A stretch of DNA of 64,000 nucleotides, taken from contig FLMG01000335.1 in NCBI GenBank assembly GCA_900088475.1, positions 196,692 to 260,691 on the forward strand. Reading direction: 5' to 3'. The stretch is from Hyphochytrium catenoides (Eukaryota > Protista > Hyphochytriomycota). Made by a program: the position numbers and the translations under genes. The notes under the pieces were generated by a model. It saw only the letters and a list, made by a program, of their open reading frames with translations, was not told where the DNA came from and searched no databases. Shown one piece after another: positions 12,180-24,466 of the stretch. Position 1 is the first letter of the stretch; the number at the start of each line of letters is the position of its first letter.

Positions 12180-12987
12180 CTTGCATGTAACAAGGTGAAC
12201 GCCGCATCAGCGGCAGCACCGAACAAGCTTTCTCCCAAGAGCTTGGATCCTATGCGATGTTTGTACCCCCTTACTCTTCCTCAACAACGGGAAGTCAGCT
12301 AATTCAGGCCAAGAGTAGTGAGCAATGTCCCTGGCGCCTCTCCCACAATAAAGCCGCCAAGCCTCCACTTTCCCTTGTGCCTCTACGTGTCAAGTCTCTG
12401 CAGGTCTGCCCTTCGCTAGCCTAATAAAGACTGGGCCTGGTGACCATGATGACTGAAGATTCAGAAGAAAGCCGTTTGGCGGCAGATCTGCAGCGCTGAA
12501 GAAGCCGCACTTTCCTTTCACAACTCACCACGCAAGTCCTTTAAGAATTGACCCTAACGCTTAACCCTCAATATAAATGCCCGCTGACCTCATAGCACTT
12601 AAAGCCCCCTCCCCAATGATGGGTTACCAATAGAATTGCTTCTCATCTTGCTCCTCCGTCCTCCGTCCTTGCGGCTGCCTCCGTCGCCCCAAGCGCCATC
12701 ATCAGGACAGAGCAGCCTTTCCTCAGTGACACGAGACGAGATCGCTGTAAGCGCACCTTTCCTGGCTTCTCAGTCCTCAGGTAGCTAGCGCTTCACCAGG
12801 TCTTACTGCCCTAGCGCCCGATAACACCCAGAGGAGGTGACTTTGGCTTAAGACGAACTTTGTGGTGGTCTGGTTCCACGTAGGGCTTCTGTCTTCTCTT
12901 TCTTGTCGGCGACAAGACGATTGCAGTCTGGCTAGGAGGTAGAGGCAGGAGAGTTTTGACCATCAAGAGATAGAGTCAAATGCCAGG

Positions 12988-15320
12988 ATGCTCGTCATAG
13001 GCGTCGTAAGAAATGTGGGACAGGCTCAAAGGGTGTTCTTTCCTTTAACAAGAGCTGGAGTCCGCCGGTCTCTGTCTTCCACTAGAGGAGGAAGCCATGG
13101 GAGCAAGCCTTCACTCACAAGCATTCTCAGTCAGATGGAAGACGCGTCGTGGGCAGTAGAGCAGAAGGAGAAGGCAGAGAAAAGTGCAGAAATATACCGC
13201 CAGAAGCGTAAGGAGGCGGCCCGGATACGGCAGAAGGAAAAGAGCAAGTCGACCGATGACTCACTACTGTCGAGCGCCAGGGTGGTCCGAACTGAAGTAG
13301 CGTTGGACGAAAAGCCCATCCCTTCTATCCAGACACCAAAGAAGGCTCGTGGGCAGAGCTCCGACCTGCCTCAGAAGAACAAGCAGGGTAATGAGTTGGG
13401 ACGCGAGTTATTTGCCTAGAGCCTTTCATGCTTATGAGCTCACCCTTTCTCCTTTCTTTGGTCTACCTCTTGGTCCCTTCCTTCTGCTGGATTCTAACCT
13501 CTCAATTTCTTCTCTTCTTCATCTCTCACTTCTGGTCCGCACACGGCCATGCAGATGCTGGCGTTGTCTCAGGTCCGATGCGAATGGACGCTCCGCCTAA
13601 GGAAGTTCGGTTCGGAGTGTTAAATCAGGAGCCTGACCAGCCGAAGAAAGCACGGGTCCTTCGGGCAGCTGTGGTGGGCAGACCTAACGCTGGGAAGTCC
13701 TCACTCCTGAACCTGCTCTGCAACACGAAGGTAGGAATTGTCCGCCTTAAGCTGGTTCCCTAGTGCTCGATATGGCTACCGCTCACCTCAGCTTGGTAGA
13801 TGAAGAACCATCTCCTCCGGTCGACCTAGTAACTCTTATAACCCCTTGTCCACTCCTCCTCGGCAACGAGTAAAGGTTTCAGCCGTGTCACCGAAATATA
13901 ACACGACGAGAAAGACGACTCTAGGTGTTTGGACGGAAGGAAAGACGCAGGTTATCTTCTATGACACTCCAGGCTACGTCGTAAAAAAGTAAGAGCGCTC
14001 CTGCATCTTCATATCCCTTTTCTTTTCTCTACATTTAGCGCTTGACTCTTGCATTCTTTGTATCTTCCATAGGGACGAGAAGAAGTTTGTCCGCTCCCTA
14101 GTGACAGAAGCAGTAGATTCAATTCAAGACGATGTAGATCTTAGTCTTCTTATTATCGACGCAGCGGCCGCCTTGACTCCTGTCCGCCAAGGCGCTATCA
14201 ATTCCCTCGTGAAGGAGATCGCGGCAGCACAATCACGGCTCATCTTGGTCTTCAATAAGGTGAGGCCAAGGAAGGATGAGCTGTCCGACAGATGCAGTAC
14301 GGCATGAACCCTATTCTTTACGCTCTGTGTATTCTTGTGACCTGACTCGACCTCTAGGAAAGAAGAAGCTTCTCTTGCGATGTTTATGGCACCTTGGACA
14401 ACCTTACTTCCCCTTGTCACTTTAATCTCACCGAGTCACTGTTGATATTTTTCGATCCATTGGTACGCAGATGGACTTGGTAAGGAAGGACATTAGACGG
14501 TTGCTAAGCTTCAACGATGACGTAACTACGGCGGTAAAACAAGCGCTCAATGAAGCCACAGAAGACGAAGCAGAGAAGTCGCAGATCTTGGGGGGCTCCG
14601 AACCAATGTCTTTTGACGTGTCAGCAGTCACTGGAGAGGGGGTAGAAGAGCTAAAGGAGTTTCTCTTGTCGCAGGCAAAGCGCGGCAACTGGTAGAGATC
14701 ACTACATGTCCACATTCTTGCTTGCCATGCTTGCCATTTACTGCGCCCCGCGTTCTCCGTCTCCATCACTGGCCATTGGGCTTCATCAACCTGCTTATAT
14801 AGGGATTTCACCTCCAAGACTAGCACAGATATGCCGATTTTGGCGCTGGTGGAGGAGATCATTAGAGAAAAACTCTTCATGCGGCTTAACCAGGAGCTAC
14901 CTTATAAAATCGAGCAGAACACAATGTGAGTAGCCCATTCGAAGAATCTGTTTATGTGACGTTTATCACTTCTTCCGTTTCCTATCCTCTCTTTCCGTTT
15001 CCCGGATGTCTTCACACCTACTGCTATTCTTCTCGCCACGTCACTGACCCCAACGATATTGCCACGTCTAGAGGATGGACGGCTATTGACGAGAACACCC
15101 TTCGCATTGACCAAGAGCTTGTGGTGAGGGACAAGTCAATAGTCAGCTACTCTCCTTTGTTGCCAGAACCTCTTCTTAACCTTATTGCTAGGTGCCCACT
15201 GCTGCCCACAAGAAGATTGTGAGGACCAGCTTAGGCTTCGTAGAGCCAGCCGCCAGAAGAGATATCTCCAGTCTCTTGGAGAAGGATGTCCGCTTGACCT
15301 TCTGGGTCAAAGTGATATAG
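12988..15320 (+). CDS. era: Era-family GTPase (ERAL1-like, probably mitochondrial), multi-exon
   Basis: Arg/Ser-rich N-terminus; G1 GRPNAGKS; G2 VSAVSPKYNTTR; G3 FYDTPG; G4 FNK|MD; VSAVTGEGVEELK; EIIREKLFMRLNQELPY; C-terminal KH-like ARRDISSLLEKDVRLTFWVKVI*. Confidence 0.93.
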
Positions 15321-16248
15321 AAAAACACATCGCACTATTTATGGAGGACGGTCAACGAGAGAGGAGTCCTGAAGGGCGTTCCACAGGCTTCTCGATGAGC
15401 TGGAAAGCAGCGGAGCCCTGCGCTGGGCACTGGCGGTTGTCTACAGGCCGAAGAACAGAAGAATGTCATCTGACCAACGTTGAAGGCTTGAGGCGCGAGG
15501 AAGGCTTTCTCTTTCCTGTGCTGGTGTGGACAACAGCAGTGTGGGAAAGAAACCTAACGTACCGTTGAAACTATTAAGGTTTCAAGTCAGAACGCTAGTT
15601 ATACATTCCTTGGTTTCTTGGTCCATTTATCTTTCAGTGAAAGATTCCAAAAGAAAATTCAAATTTTGATCGTACAAACTTCGTTGTCATGTCAATGCCA
15701 AGCAAGGATCCTCCTCCTGCCCCATCGGCCTCGCGTCCTGCTCTCGTGCTGCTGCTGCCAAGCACCAGCGCCAACCTGCCAGCTTCCTCCTCGGCGCGCC
15801 TCCCCAGCTTCCTGTCATTCTGGCACCAGTCTGGGATAAAGCATCTCCGCATCTTCAAACCGCACCCTAGCGCTTCCACGGTTGAGGTGAAAGGATCGGC
15901 TTCTCGTACGTGTCAGCTCGACCCAATCTAGGATAGGTTGTGACGCCCCCTAAACTTGCAAGCCAGATTGTTTCTCATGTTTGAACTCTGACACAGCATA
16001 ACGGGTGGGCTGATACACTCTCGCCGCTGTCGTGTTTCCAAGTAGGAGAAAGAAGGGAGGGGAGCTTTGTGAGCACTGGGTCTGTTAGGCTTCCTGCTAC
16101 TCCATATCCATAGTCAGTGAACAGGCAGTAAATTCTTCTCTCTCTCGAGCTCATTGGTCCCCTAGTCTGCTAGCATTCAGGGCGCTTCGAGCAGGCGTTC
16201 CCGCTATTCTACTTATTTTTTTGCATCCGGGCTGTCTCTATGGTTGCG

Positions 16249-19200
16249 ATGCCTCCTCGTAGAGTCACGTCCAGGAGTGCGGGACCTAAACGAGGCCATT
16301 ATGCCGGTGAGTGTTGCCTTTCAGAATCCTCCGGTCGCCCTCTTCCTTGAAGCCCATGCCTAATCTCCGTCACCGCTTTGATCCTGATTACTTTACTTAT
16401 CTAACTGTTAGATCCAAGCTCCCCAATTGCTGCTTCACCTAGGACACGCGGCAGAAAGCGCACTCTCTCAGGTAACAAAGATGAATTCTCCTATCCCTGC
16501 CCGCTCTTCCTCTTCCCCAAAGGAGAGACTAAAAGGTCCTGGTTCTCTAACTACCGGGAGCTATGTCATGGCTTTCTACATCAACCTTCCTCGCTTCCAT
16601 GGCATCTATCGACAAATTTAGTCCATTCCTGAAGATGTCCCTCTGACTCCTCTCCCTATACACGTAGCGGTGATCCCAGCTCCACCTTCAAGTGACCAAA
16701 CAGGCCATGATCACAGGTTTGCTTCTTACGTACAATGAACGCCTCGAATCATTTCTTACTCTTCTTTCATTTACCTCTTCTAATCAAGTGACGCACCTTC
16801 AAGAGCTAACCAAAAAACGGCCAGTAGCAGCAGACAGGGCTCTCCTAACAAGCGATCTCACAAACATACGTCGCATGCGGCGGAAAAGCCCTCTCCGCGA
16901 AGCCCAGAAAAGAAGCTAAGAGTGTACGAGTCTCTTCTCTTTCCCAGCAGCTTGGGTCCATCGGAAAAGCCCTTATGTAACAATTGTTGCTTCCCTCCCC
17001 GGGACTTTTTGTGTACAGAAGTAGGCCACCGTCTCCAATCGAGGAGCTCCCGCAGGAAGGTGAAGAAGGATGGAAGGGCAAAGTAGTGCAGACACTTTTC
17101 TCTCCCATGCTGAAGTTTTTCGGTGGCACCGGTATGCCAGATAGCTATTAGCACTAAAATCCTTCATCACTCGCGACTTACTCTGGACATTGATCCTTCC
17201 TTTAGATGACTCTGGTGGGCAAGTAGCGGATGTCGGAGTGTCCACAGAGCTCTCAAAAGGCCACGACAGTACCGACCAGGTAAAGTTCATTGGTCGTTGT
17301 CTCTGCCATGTGCTCTCTTGTTTAGGAGGACATCGTTCGTTAAGAACCGCCGTCAATTGCAGTCGCTATGTTCCTTCACTCCGTAAGAGCTATACACCAA
17401 AGCTTACCTTCGACTTGCATCTCACGTAGAAGGAAACTGCTGCCGAGTCGACAAAAGTTAAGGGCCTTAGCCCTAGCAAAAGCCCTGCAAGTATGACAGA
17501 AGGCAAAGAAGCAATACCTCAACCTGAAAGAGCCATAGCGGAGAGAAGAAGAGAGGAAATAGAGGAGCAGATGGGAGACAATGACATGCTAGCCCAGGAG
17601 AACATCTGGGATGACGAAGCCGCCGAGGAGGAGGATGAATTTGAAGAGTTTAACCCGTGCGTTTATTCGCTTCAACCATGTCTCTCCACCCAGGCACTGC
17701 TAACACTGCTTACAGTTATTTATTCATGAAGTATCTGCCACCCTATGACGCGGTGGCTCCGACGTTCCCAAAGATCTGGTTACCGAAGCAGACTCGACGG
17801 TGTCCGCCAATTACCCTAGTACGTATAGCCATGGCTCTTGGAACGACTCTATCGCTCGCAAGATCATCCGTAGTGATTAGTAGCGTCCGAGCGGTGCACC
17901 TACGCTTCATCATGTTGTGGTCATGCTGACGCTATACTTGTGGGCTGACAATTGCAGGCGCTGGATCTAGACGAGACGTTGGTGCATTGTAGTGTCGAAG
18001 GAGGAGGCAAGGCCGACCTTATTTTCCCGGTGGGAGCTCGCTCTTACTTTTCACGACCTACGGGAACAGCGCCACTGTCCCGTCTCACTCCAACTTCCTC
18101 TCTCTCTCGCTCAACACTGCTACTCTACTCCTACCTTTCTCCCTCTCGTTCTTCGTCCTTGAGTTCCTTGTCTCCTCATCCCATACTACCTTGCTTTTAG
18201 GCTGGTTTCTTCCGTCTTTTTCACCACTGCCGCCTACTGTCCTTGCTGCTCCGAGGAACTCTTGTTCTGTACCCTCTTCACTCCAGACTCATGTATATTT
18301 CTCACGCCATGTTTACGCGGCAACAGGTAGAGTTCAATGATAGAGTGTATGATGTTCATGTCAGAAAGCGACCCCACTTGGACTTCTTCTTGCGGTCCGT
18401 CCACTCGATGTTTGAAGTCGTCGTCTTTACCGCTTCTCAGGTACGCGTCGGCACCAGTGACCCATTGTGGTGCTATCCTAGTCTCATATACTGCCCATTG
18501 CTCTATTTCCCAGCAAGTGTACGCAGAGAAGCTCCTAAATATCCTAGATCCAGACAAGAAGCTTGTCAGGTGAGCGAAAACATCATTATCGCTTCCTTCC
18601 TCTGCTGTCTCCTGAACGCTTGCCTTGGACCTCTTTTTGTTCTTTCTTCTTTCGTTTGGCCGCTGCCTAGGCCCCCGGTCACTCTTACTGCTGCTCTCCA
18701 GTGACGTAATCATGTACCGGCTTAGCCCCGCAGTCCTCCCTTTTCATTCCTCAATGAACCTAACGGTGTCTTGAAATTTAGACATAGACTGTATCGTGAT
18801 GCCTGCCTGGCTGTGGATGGCAACTATCTGAAAGACTTAACTGTTCTGGGGAGGGACCTGAAGAAGGTGAGAGTGGATCTTTTGCCCTTGTCTTACCCTC
18901 ACGTTTTGTCATGGCAGTGCTTCTTGACAACGACTATAAAATCCATCTTACTGTACTCCATCTCTACGCATAGGTCATCTTGGTAGACAATTCGCCCCAC
19001 GCATTCGCTTATCAGGTATGCATCTTGAAGATCGAGCCAGAAGCTGCTCCAAGAGCTGCAACCCTAACACGTCTTCTCTCCTGTTACTTTCTGCCCACTA
19101 TTCGTCTCTCCATGACGCGGATTAGGTCAACAACGGCGTCCCCATAGAAAGTTGGTTTGACGACGACAAGGATACGGAGGTAAGCTACCTTCTTTGTCGT

Positions 19201-19374
19201 GACCTTGAATTTATTGTCGTCCCTTTCGCCTGAGCTTCATGCTGATTCTTCTTTTGTTTATATCAGCTCCTGAAGCTTCTCCACTTTCTGAAGAGACTCG
19301 CAAACGTGGATGACGTCCGCCCTATCATTGCAAAGACCTTCCAGACAGAGCGTTTGATTACGGAAGCGGAGTAG
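16249..19374 (+). CDS. CTD small phosphatase-like protein (FCP/SCP, NIF domain; CTDSPL2-like), multi-exon
   Basis: LDLDETLVHCS (DxDxT), VHVRKRPHLDFFL, FEVVVFTASQ, YAEKLLNILDP, HRLYRDAC...GNYLKDLTVLGRDL, ILVDNSPHAF, NGVPIESWFDD; low-complexity basic N-terminus. Exact start uncertain. Confidence 0.92.
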
Positions 19375-19530
19375 TATCCTCTGGCACTGCCTCCATGAGT
19401 AACCCGACACACACTTTTATCTCATTATGACCTCACTCCTACCATCCTATATCCCTCGGTTATGGTAGGCGTGCACAGCCGCTTGTGCAGCAATTATATT
19501 CTTTGTCGTGAATAGGCTAATAGCAGTGAC

Positions 19531-20248
19531 TTAGGCGTCAGGATCAAACTCTTCTTCGTCACTTGAGTCAGCACCGCTCCCTGCTACGCCCATCCCGCTC
19601 TGGATGTCCTTGGTCGTGTTCGCGTTGATATCAAACACCCCGTCGCAAATTGCTTTAATGGTAGGCTTCGCGTGCGTATACGCCATTACTAGGGGCCTAG
19701 CCGCTGTGTTCGGTAACCTTCGTAGCGTTTACCGGAAAGAGAGAGTTGTTCAGACAAAGAACCAACCACCAATCAGAAACTTATTTAAAATGGAAAAGGG
19801 TGGAAGGGCATGAAGAGTCTACACCTATACCATGTACAAGCACCCACCACGTGATAAAATAGAGCTTGCTCACGAGCCGCCCGTCAGCGGACTTTGCTTC
19901 ATGGTCGTAGACGGCATAACGACAGTCCGCGGATGGCAGAGAAGAGATAAAAGCCTGAGGGTCTGACTGCCGCTCTCCTGCCCTGTCTACAACAATCTGG
20001 AGCCACGATGTGACCTCAGAAAGTCAGCCTTATGCCGTTTCCTGGCCTGATTGTATCAAAAAGGACCTTTTGGCACTTACTTTGTCTCCTTCGATCTTGA
20101 AGAGAACATAGCGATGCTTTCTCTTTAGCTTAATATCTTTAAAGGCAACGGAGCACTCATCCGCAGGAGCTAAAGACGCCGAATGGTGTGCATCTGCTGG
20201 GCGTAGAAACTTTTGCTCGCCTCCGGTCTTTAGGTGCGGCTCAGCCAT
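19531..20248 (-). CDS. ADF/cofilin family actin-binding protein, 3 exons
   Basis: DECSVAFKDIKLKRKHRYVLFKIEGDK | IVVDRAGERQSDPQAFISSLPSADCRYAVYDHEAKSADGRLVSKLYFITW | LPNTAARPLVMAYTHAKPTIK...SSDEEEFDPDA*. Confidence 0.9.
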
Positions 20249-20896
20249 AGTGAATGTAGCTGTTGCGCTCACTGCAAGAGCATCAGAGTTAGTTCCAGAC
20301 TGACGATAGAGTTCACCTACAATTACCTTCCAGTGCTGCAGAGATGACGCCTTCACAAGCAGCACTCGGTAGTGCCCATGTATCATCCCCTCATTGGACT
20401 CTTCCTTCATTCATGACCAGGTGACCAGAGCATACACTGACGATGATGACAATAGCTATGAAGATGCAAACAGAGAAACCTTTTCTACGAAGGACAGCTT
20501 CAATCTTCAGAAAGCTTGGCATTCCTTTCCGACCGTTACCGCCCTGACGGATCTTTCAGGACTAGAAATAATCAGTCCTTCTATTACCATTATGATCTTT
20601 TGATTAGTTATCATGACCTTTGGTTCTCCAAGCTCAGTTTTTGTTCCCCAGTCGGTTTTGTTGTGAAGGTTTCTGAGAGTTTCTGATCCTTCTTTCAGGT
20701 GCACTCCGTTATGGTCATTGGAGCTGAGGAAGAAAGCAGAGTGCAGTCTCTGCAACATTAGCTAACTTCCAGCGTAACTGAAGCTTCAGCAGCAGAGGAT
20801 GGTTGGTGCCTTCTTCATGGCAGCCGGTCAGCAAGTAGGATAAGGCTGTCAAACGTGGATAGCAGAGAGGATCCGATACGTCTAAGACCAAGGACT

Positions 20897-23800
20897 ATGC
20901 CATTCTGTCCACGATGTGGGGACCTCATTCGTGGGGCGGCTACCTGCGACAAGTGCGGTGTAGGCGTGGTCAGTAGCACCTTCATCTTTCTAACTTCCCA
21001 TTGAGTCTTCTCGTCTAATCTTCTCACTATGGTCTACTCACTTTCTAGGTGCAACCTATGGGCGCGATTCCTGACGGCGCCCATCATTCAGCTGTGTCTT
21101 CCTACCGACATCAACCCAGCGTAACTTTGAGTGGTGTACCTGCAAACGGCGGAGCCTCTCTGTCGCGGTTGCATTCCGACCCAAATGACCATTTAATCGG
21201 CTCGCAAAGTTATTCCTTGTCCTCTAGTCTAAGGCCTAGCCCATCAAAGCCATTAGCTACCACTTACACGCCGCTGCCGCACAAGGGTGTAGTTAATGAA
21301 AGAACTTCACCCAGGGCAGTGCCGAGGTGGCAAGAGCAGCATCAACCATCGCATTCTCCTGCTCAGTCGTTTGCATCAGTACCTTCACCGGGTGGGACCA
21401 CTACTCCCTTATGGCAACGTTCACATCCAGCGAGCCAGGGAGCAGCAGCATCTGTCAATAGCACGCCGCGTTGGCCACCTGCGACCCCCGATGTCACAGC
21501 TCAAGTCGGAGTTCTAGCTCAGCAGCGGAGCCCGCCTAAAAGTGATCAAAATGGAGCCTATAAGATCCATTCTCAAACAAGTACACTGGCAAGCGCCACA
21601 TCTAGTTCTCGGCATGAAGAGCCGAAGAAAGAGGCAAAAGAAAGCCACAAGTCCGCTCCGGCACCTAGTAGCCAAGCCCTGCCGACTCCGTCGCCTCTTC
21701 TTAAAAGCGAAGGAAGCTGGCGCTCCACTCAGCGGATAACTCACCAGACTGGGACCGCCCTGGAGGAATATGTGACGGAGGTAGAGCTAGAGCTCTTTAT
21801 GTTCGAGTCTCTAAGTTTGTGGCCTTGCTCTTTTTTTACTGTCGTCACGTGCTACTCAGTTTATCGGAGTTTATCAGATTGCCATTGGCCATAGTCCTGC
21901 CCCGGCCGTCACATCCTTGCGTAAGGCCTCTTATAAAAATGCTGTCTGTTGAAAGGACGTACATTTCGCTGAAGAGTGAACAAAAGTTGGAGACTTACCG
22001 TGTCGTGCGCTTCTCTCTCTTGATCAGGATACACACCTTCGGATACCTAAGAACGGCTTCATGACGATCCTCGAAAAGGTAATTGCCTTTCTGAGTAGCA
22101 CTTTTAGTGTTCGGACTGACATTGTACTATTTCACCGCTATCAAAGCACGCCGATGGGATGTTCCTGGTCCAGCACGCTGGTAACAGAGGGCTTATACCA
22201 AGCGCCTTGGTACAAGAGCATAGTGCGTGATGCTGACTCCTCGCTTATCTTATGTCTGTCCCTTCAGTGCTTACTGTCCTCTCTGTTGTATGTTGCATAG
22301 GTCGAATGTTGTTGAGTTACCTGGGTCCCACTATATATCAAACTCTCTGTTATCAGATCACTTCTTGTACAGCCCTCTCTGTCTATATGCCTCCTATCCT
22401 GTTGTGCTTTGCTGTCTACCAACCGGGACCCTTACCTTTTGTTCCTATTCAGAGCAATTGTCATTATCAGAAAGGACTCCGTCCCAAAGGCGCCTATCTC
22501 CACCATCCTTTGGGATGAGCGAACTATCTCTTGATTCGAAGGAGAAACAACAGTCTTCCACTGAAGAGCCAAGGCGTGACCGCAGCCTATCTGGCTCTGA
22601 AACTGGACTACCGAACGAGTGTCCAGGTTGCCACATGCCCCTAGGTCCCCTTTTCACCCGTGGGTTGGGGAAGAGGTGGCATGAATATGTGAGTGAATAG
22701 GTTGGATAAGGGAAAACCGCATCAGCTCGAAGAAAACATACTCTAGTAAAATAGTAACGGGAAAGGACAGACGTTTTAGCAGTTGGCTTGCGACGCTGAA
22801 AGGGGAGCTCAGACTATAGTAGACTAAGACCCTTCCCTCCTCTGGCCTCTTCCGGTGCAGTGCTTCCTGTGTGCCAGATGTACCATGGTCATTGAGGAAG
22901 GAGAGGCATGGGTTGAGGAGGCAGGAAAGGCGTACCACGAGGATTGTATGCGACAAATGAAGGAGCTACGGGCAATATCTCACTCAGTGGAGAGAAAGGG
23001 AAGCTTCCGTTCTTTCCCAGCTACTGCGCCTCCTTCATCTCCTTCGACCACCAGCTCCACAAACGCCGACATAGGAAAGGAGGTTCCTGAAAGGCAACAG
23101 GTAAAGTCACCACGTGGAGGAGTCGGGTTAGATGTGCCTGTCGATGCGGGCGATGCCCGCCGCAAGGTCCATACTTCATCGGAATCCCTGGAGACCCAAG
23201 GGCCAAATAGGGCAAGTCAAACTTCTCAGGAAGACCTACCTCTGTTCCATTCTCGGCCGCCTCCGCCGTCTGCCGTTGCGCATCACAATGATGACGCCAA
23301 AACCGGCCGTCCCCTATTTGCCCGCCCACCTCCCCCACTGGCATCCCCTGACAGGACGATGGCCTCACAAGCAAGGACTGTTAAAGAGGCTCCTTCTAAG
23401 GGCCCACCCTCTCCACAGAAACGCCCTAGTGAGCCAGTATACAGCGCTGTTTTGAGGACTTCCCCTAGGGACCACATAGATCGGAAGCAAGAAGCTCTCC
23501 CGCCAGGAGAAACGAGCAAGGTGGGACCTGATGCGGACGTAGAAAGGTCGTTAGGATGCGCATCGGGCAGCGACAATGAGCGAAAGATGACGGAAGATGA
23601 AAAGGATAGGACATTCTTAGAAAATAGTTTGGAACCGTGCCAAACCTGCGGTAGAATGGTGGCTGAGGAGGGAATCCTGGCCCTGAAAGGGGTATTTCAT
23701 CCTGAGGTGAGCATAGTCCTAACAGTTTTTATGTTCGTCAATCTTTATCCTTCGTTACCTCGCGGCTATAATCTAAAGTATTCCAGTGCTTGTAAGACTA

Positions 23801-24464
23801 GGACTAGAGCTAAATCTCTTCTCTGCTACCAGTGCTTCCGGTGCGCTCACTGTCAGAAGGTGATTGACCCTGATGATGGCATTGGAGAACAGAATAACAA
23901 GGTAAGCAACTCAGCCCTAGAGATGGCGTTTTCTTTAACTAAGGACTTGTAGGCCCTTGGCGTTTACTACTATCATACTGCATGTCCCAGAATCCCCAGT
24001 CTTCCGTGGCTCTAACTTTCCCTACTCCTCCAACCTCTCATGATGCTGCCAGCCGTATCATTTTCAGTGCTATCTGGATCAGTTTGCCGAGAAATGTGCT
24101 GCGTGTCAAAAGGTATAGCCCTTTCTCGTCGTCTCTAAGGCACGCAAGGCCTGGGAGGGTGTGGCCTGTTTGCACTTTATCTATGTGTACCTCAGTTTCG
24201 CAATGTTGCCTTGTAACGTCTGCTACCTTGCCTTTTCGCAGCCTTTGGAAGGGCAGGTAATTAAAGCCCAAGGATCATCATATCATCCAGACTGCTTTAG
24301 GTGCACGCGTTGTCGTGCAAGGATTGAAGGTCCGTCATTTTGCCCTTTTGAAATCTATACTGCACGGCTTAACTCTATTTCAATGCCGTCCTGTGCCTCG
24401 TCTAACTGGTCTTGCAGGTGGATATTACCTCCGAGACTCGGCAGTGGTTTGTCTCCATTGCTAG
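20897..24464 (+). CDS. LIM-domain protein (3 LIM domains, N-terminal CxxC-CxxC zinc ribbon, long Pro/Ser-rich linkers; paxillin-like)
   Basis: Exon 1 MPFCPRCGDLIRGAATCDKCGVGV; LIM1 CPGC...WHE|QCFLCARC...YHEDC; LIM2 CQTC...FHPE|CFRCAHC...YHFQC; LIM3 CAAC...YHPDCFRCTRC...CLHC* (TAG 24462-24464). Confidence 0.9.
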
Positions 24465-24466
24465 AG

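Noticed and set aside
12550-12570. Telomere-like ccctaa/taaccc hexamers
   Set aside because: Only two degenerate units; expected by chance.
8161-15320. Bacterial contamination or an operon (esterase, minC, era)
   Set aside because: minC and era carry multiple GT-AG introns and presequence-like extensions and lie on opposite strands, so they are nuclear eukaryotic genes.
15689-15931. 80-aa ORF upstream of the CTD phosphatase gene
   Set aside because: Low complexity, no motif, no splice link; likely UTR or intergenic.
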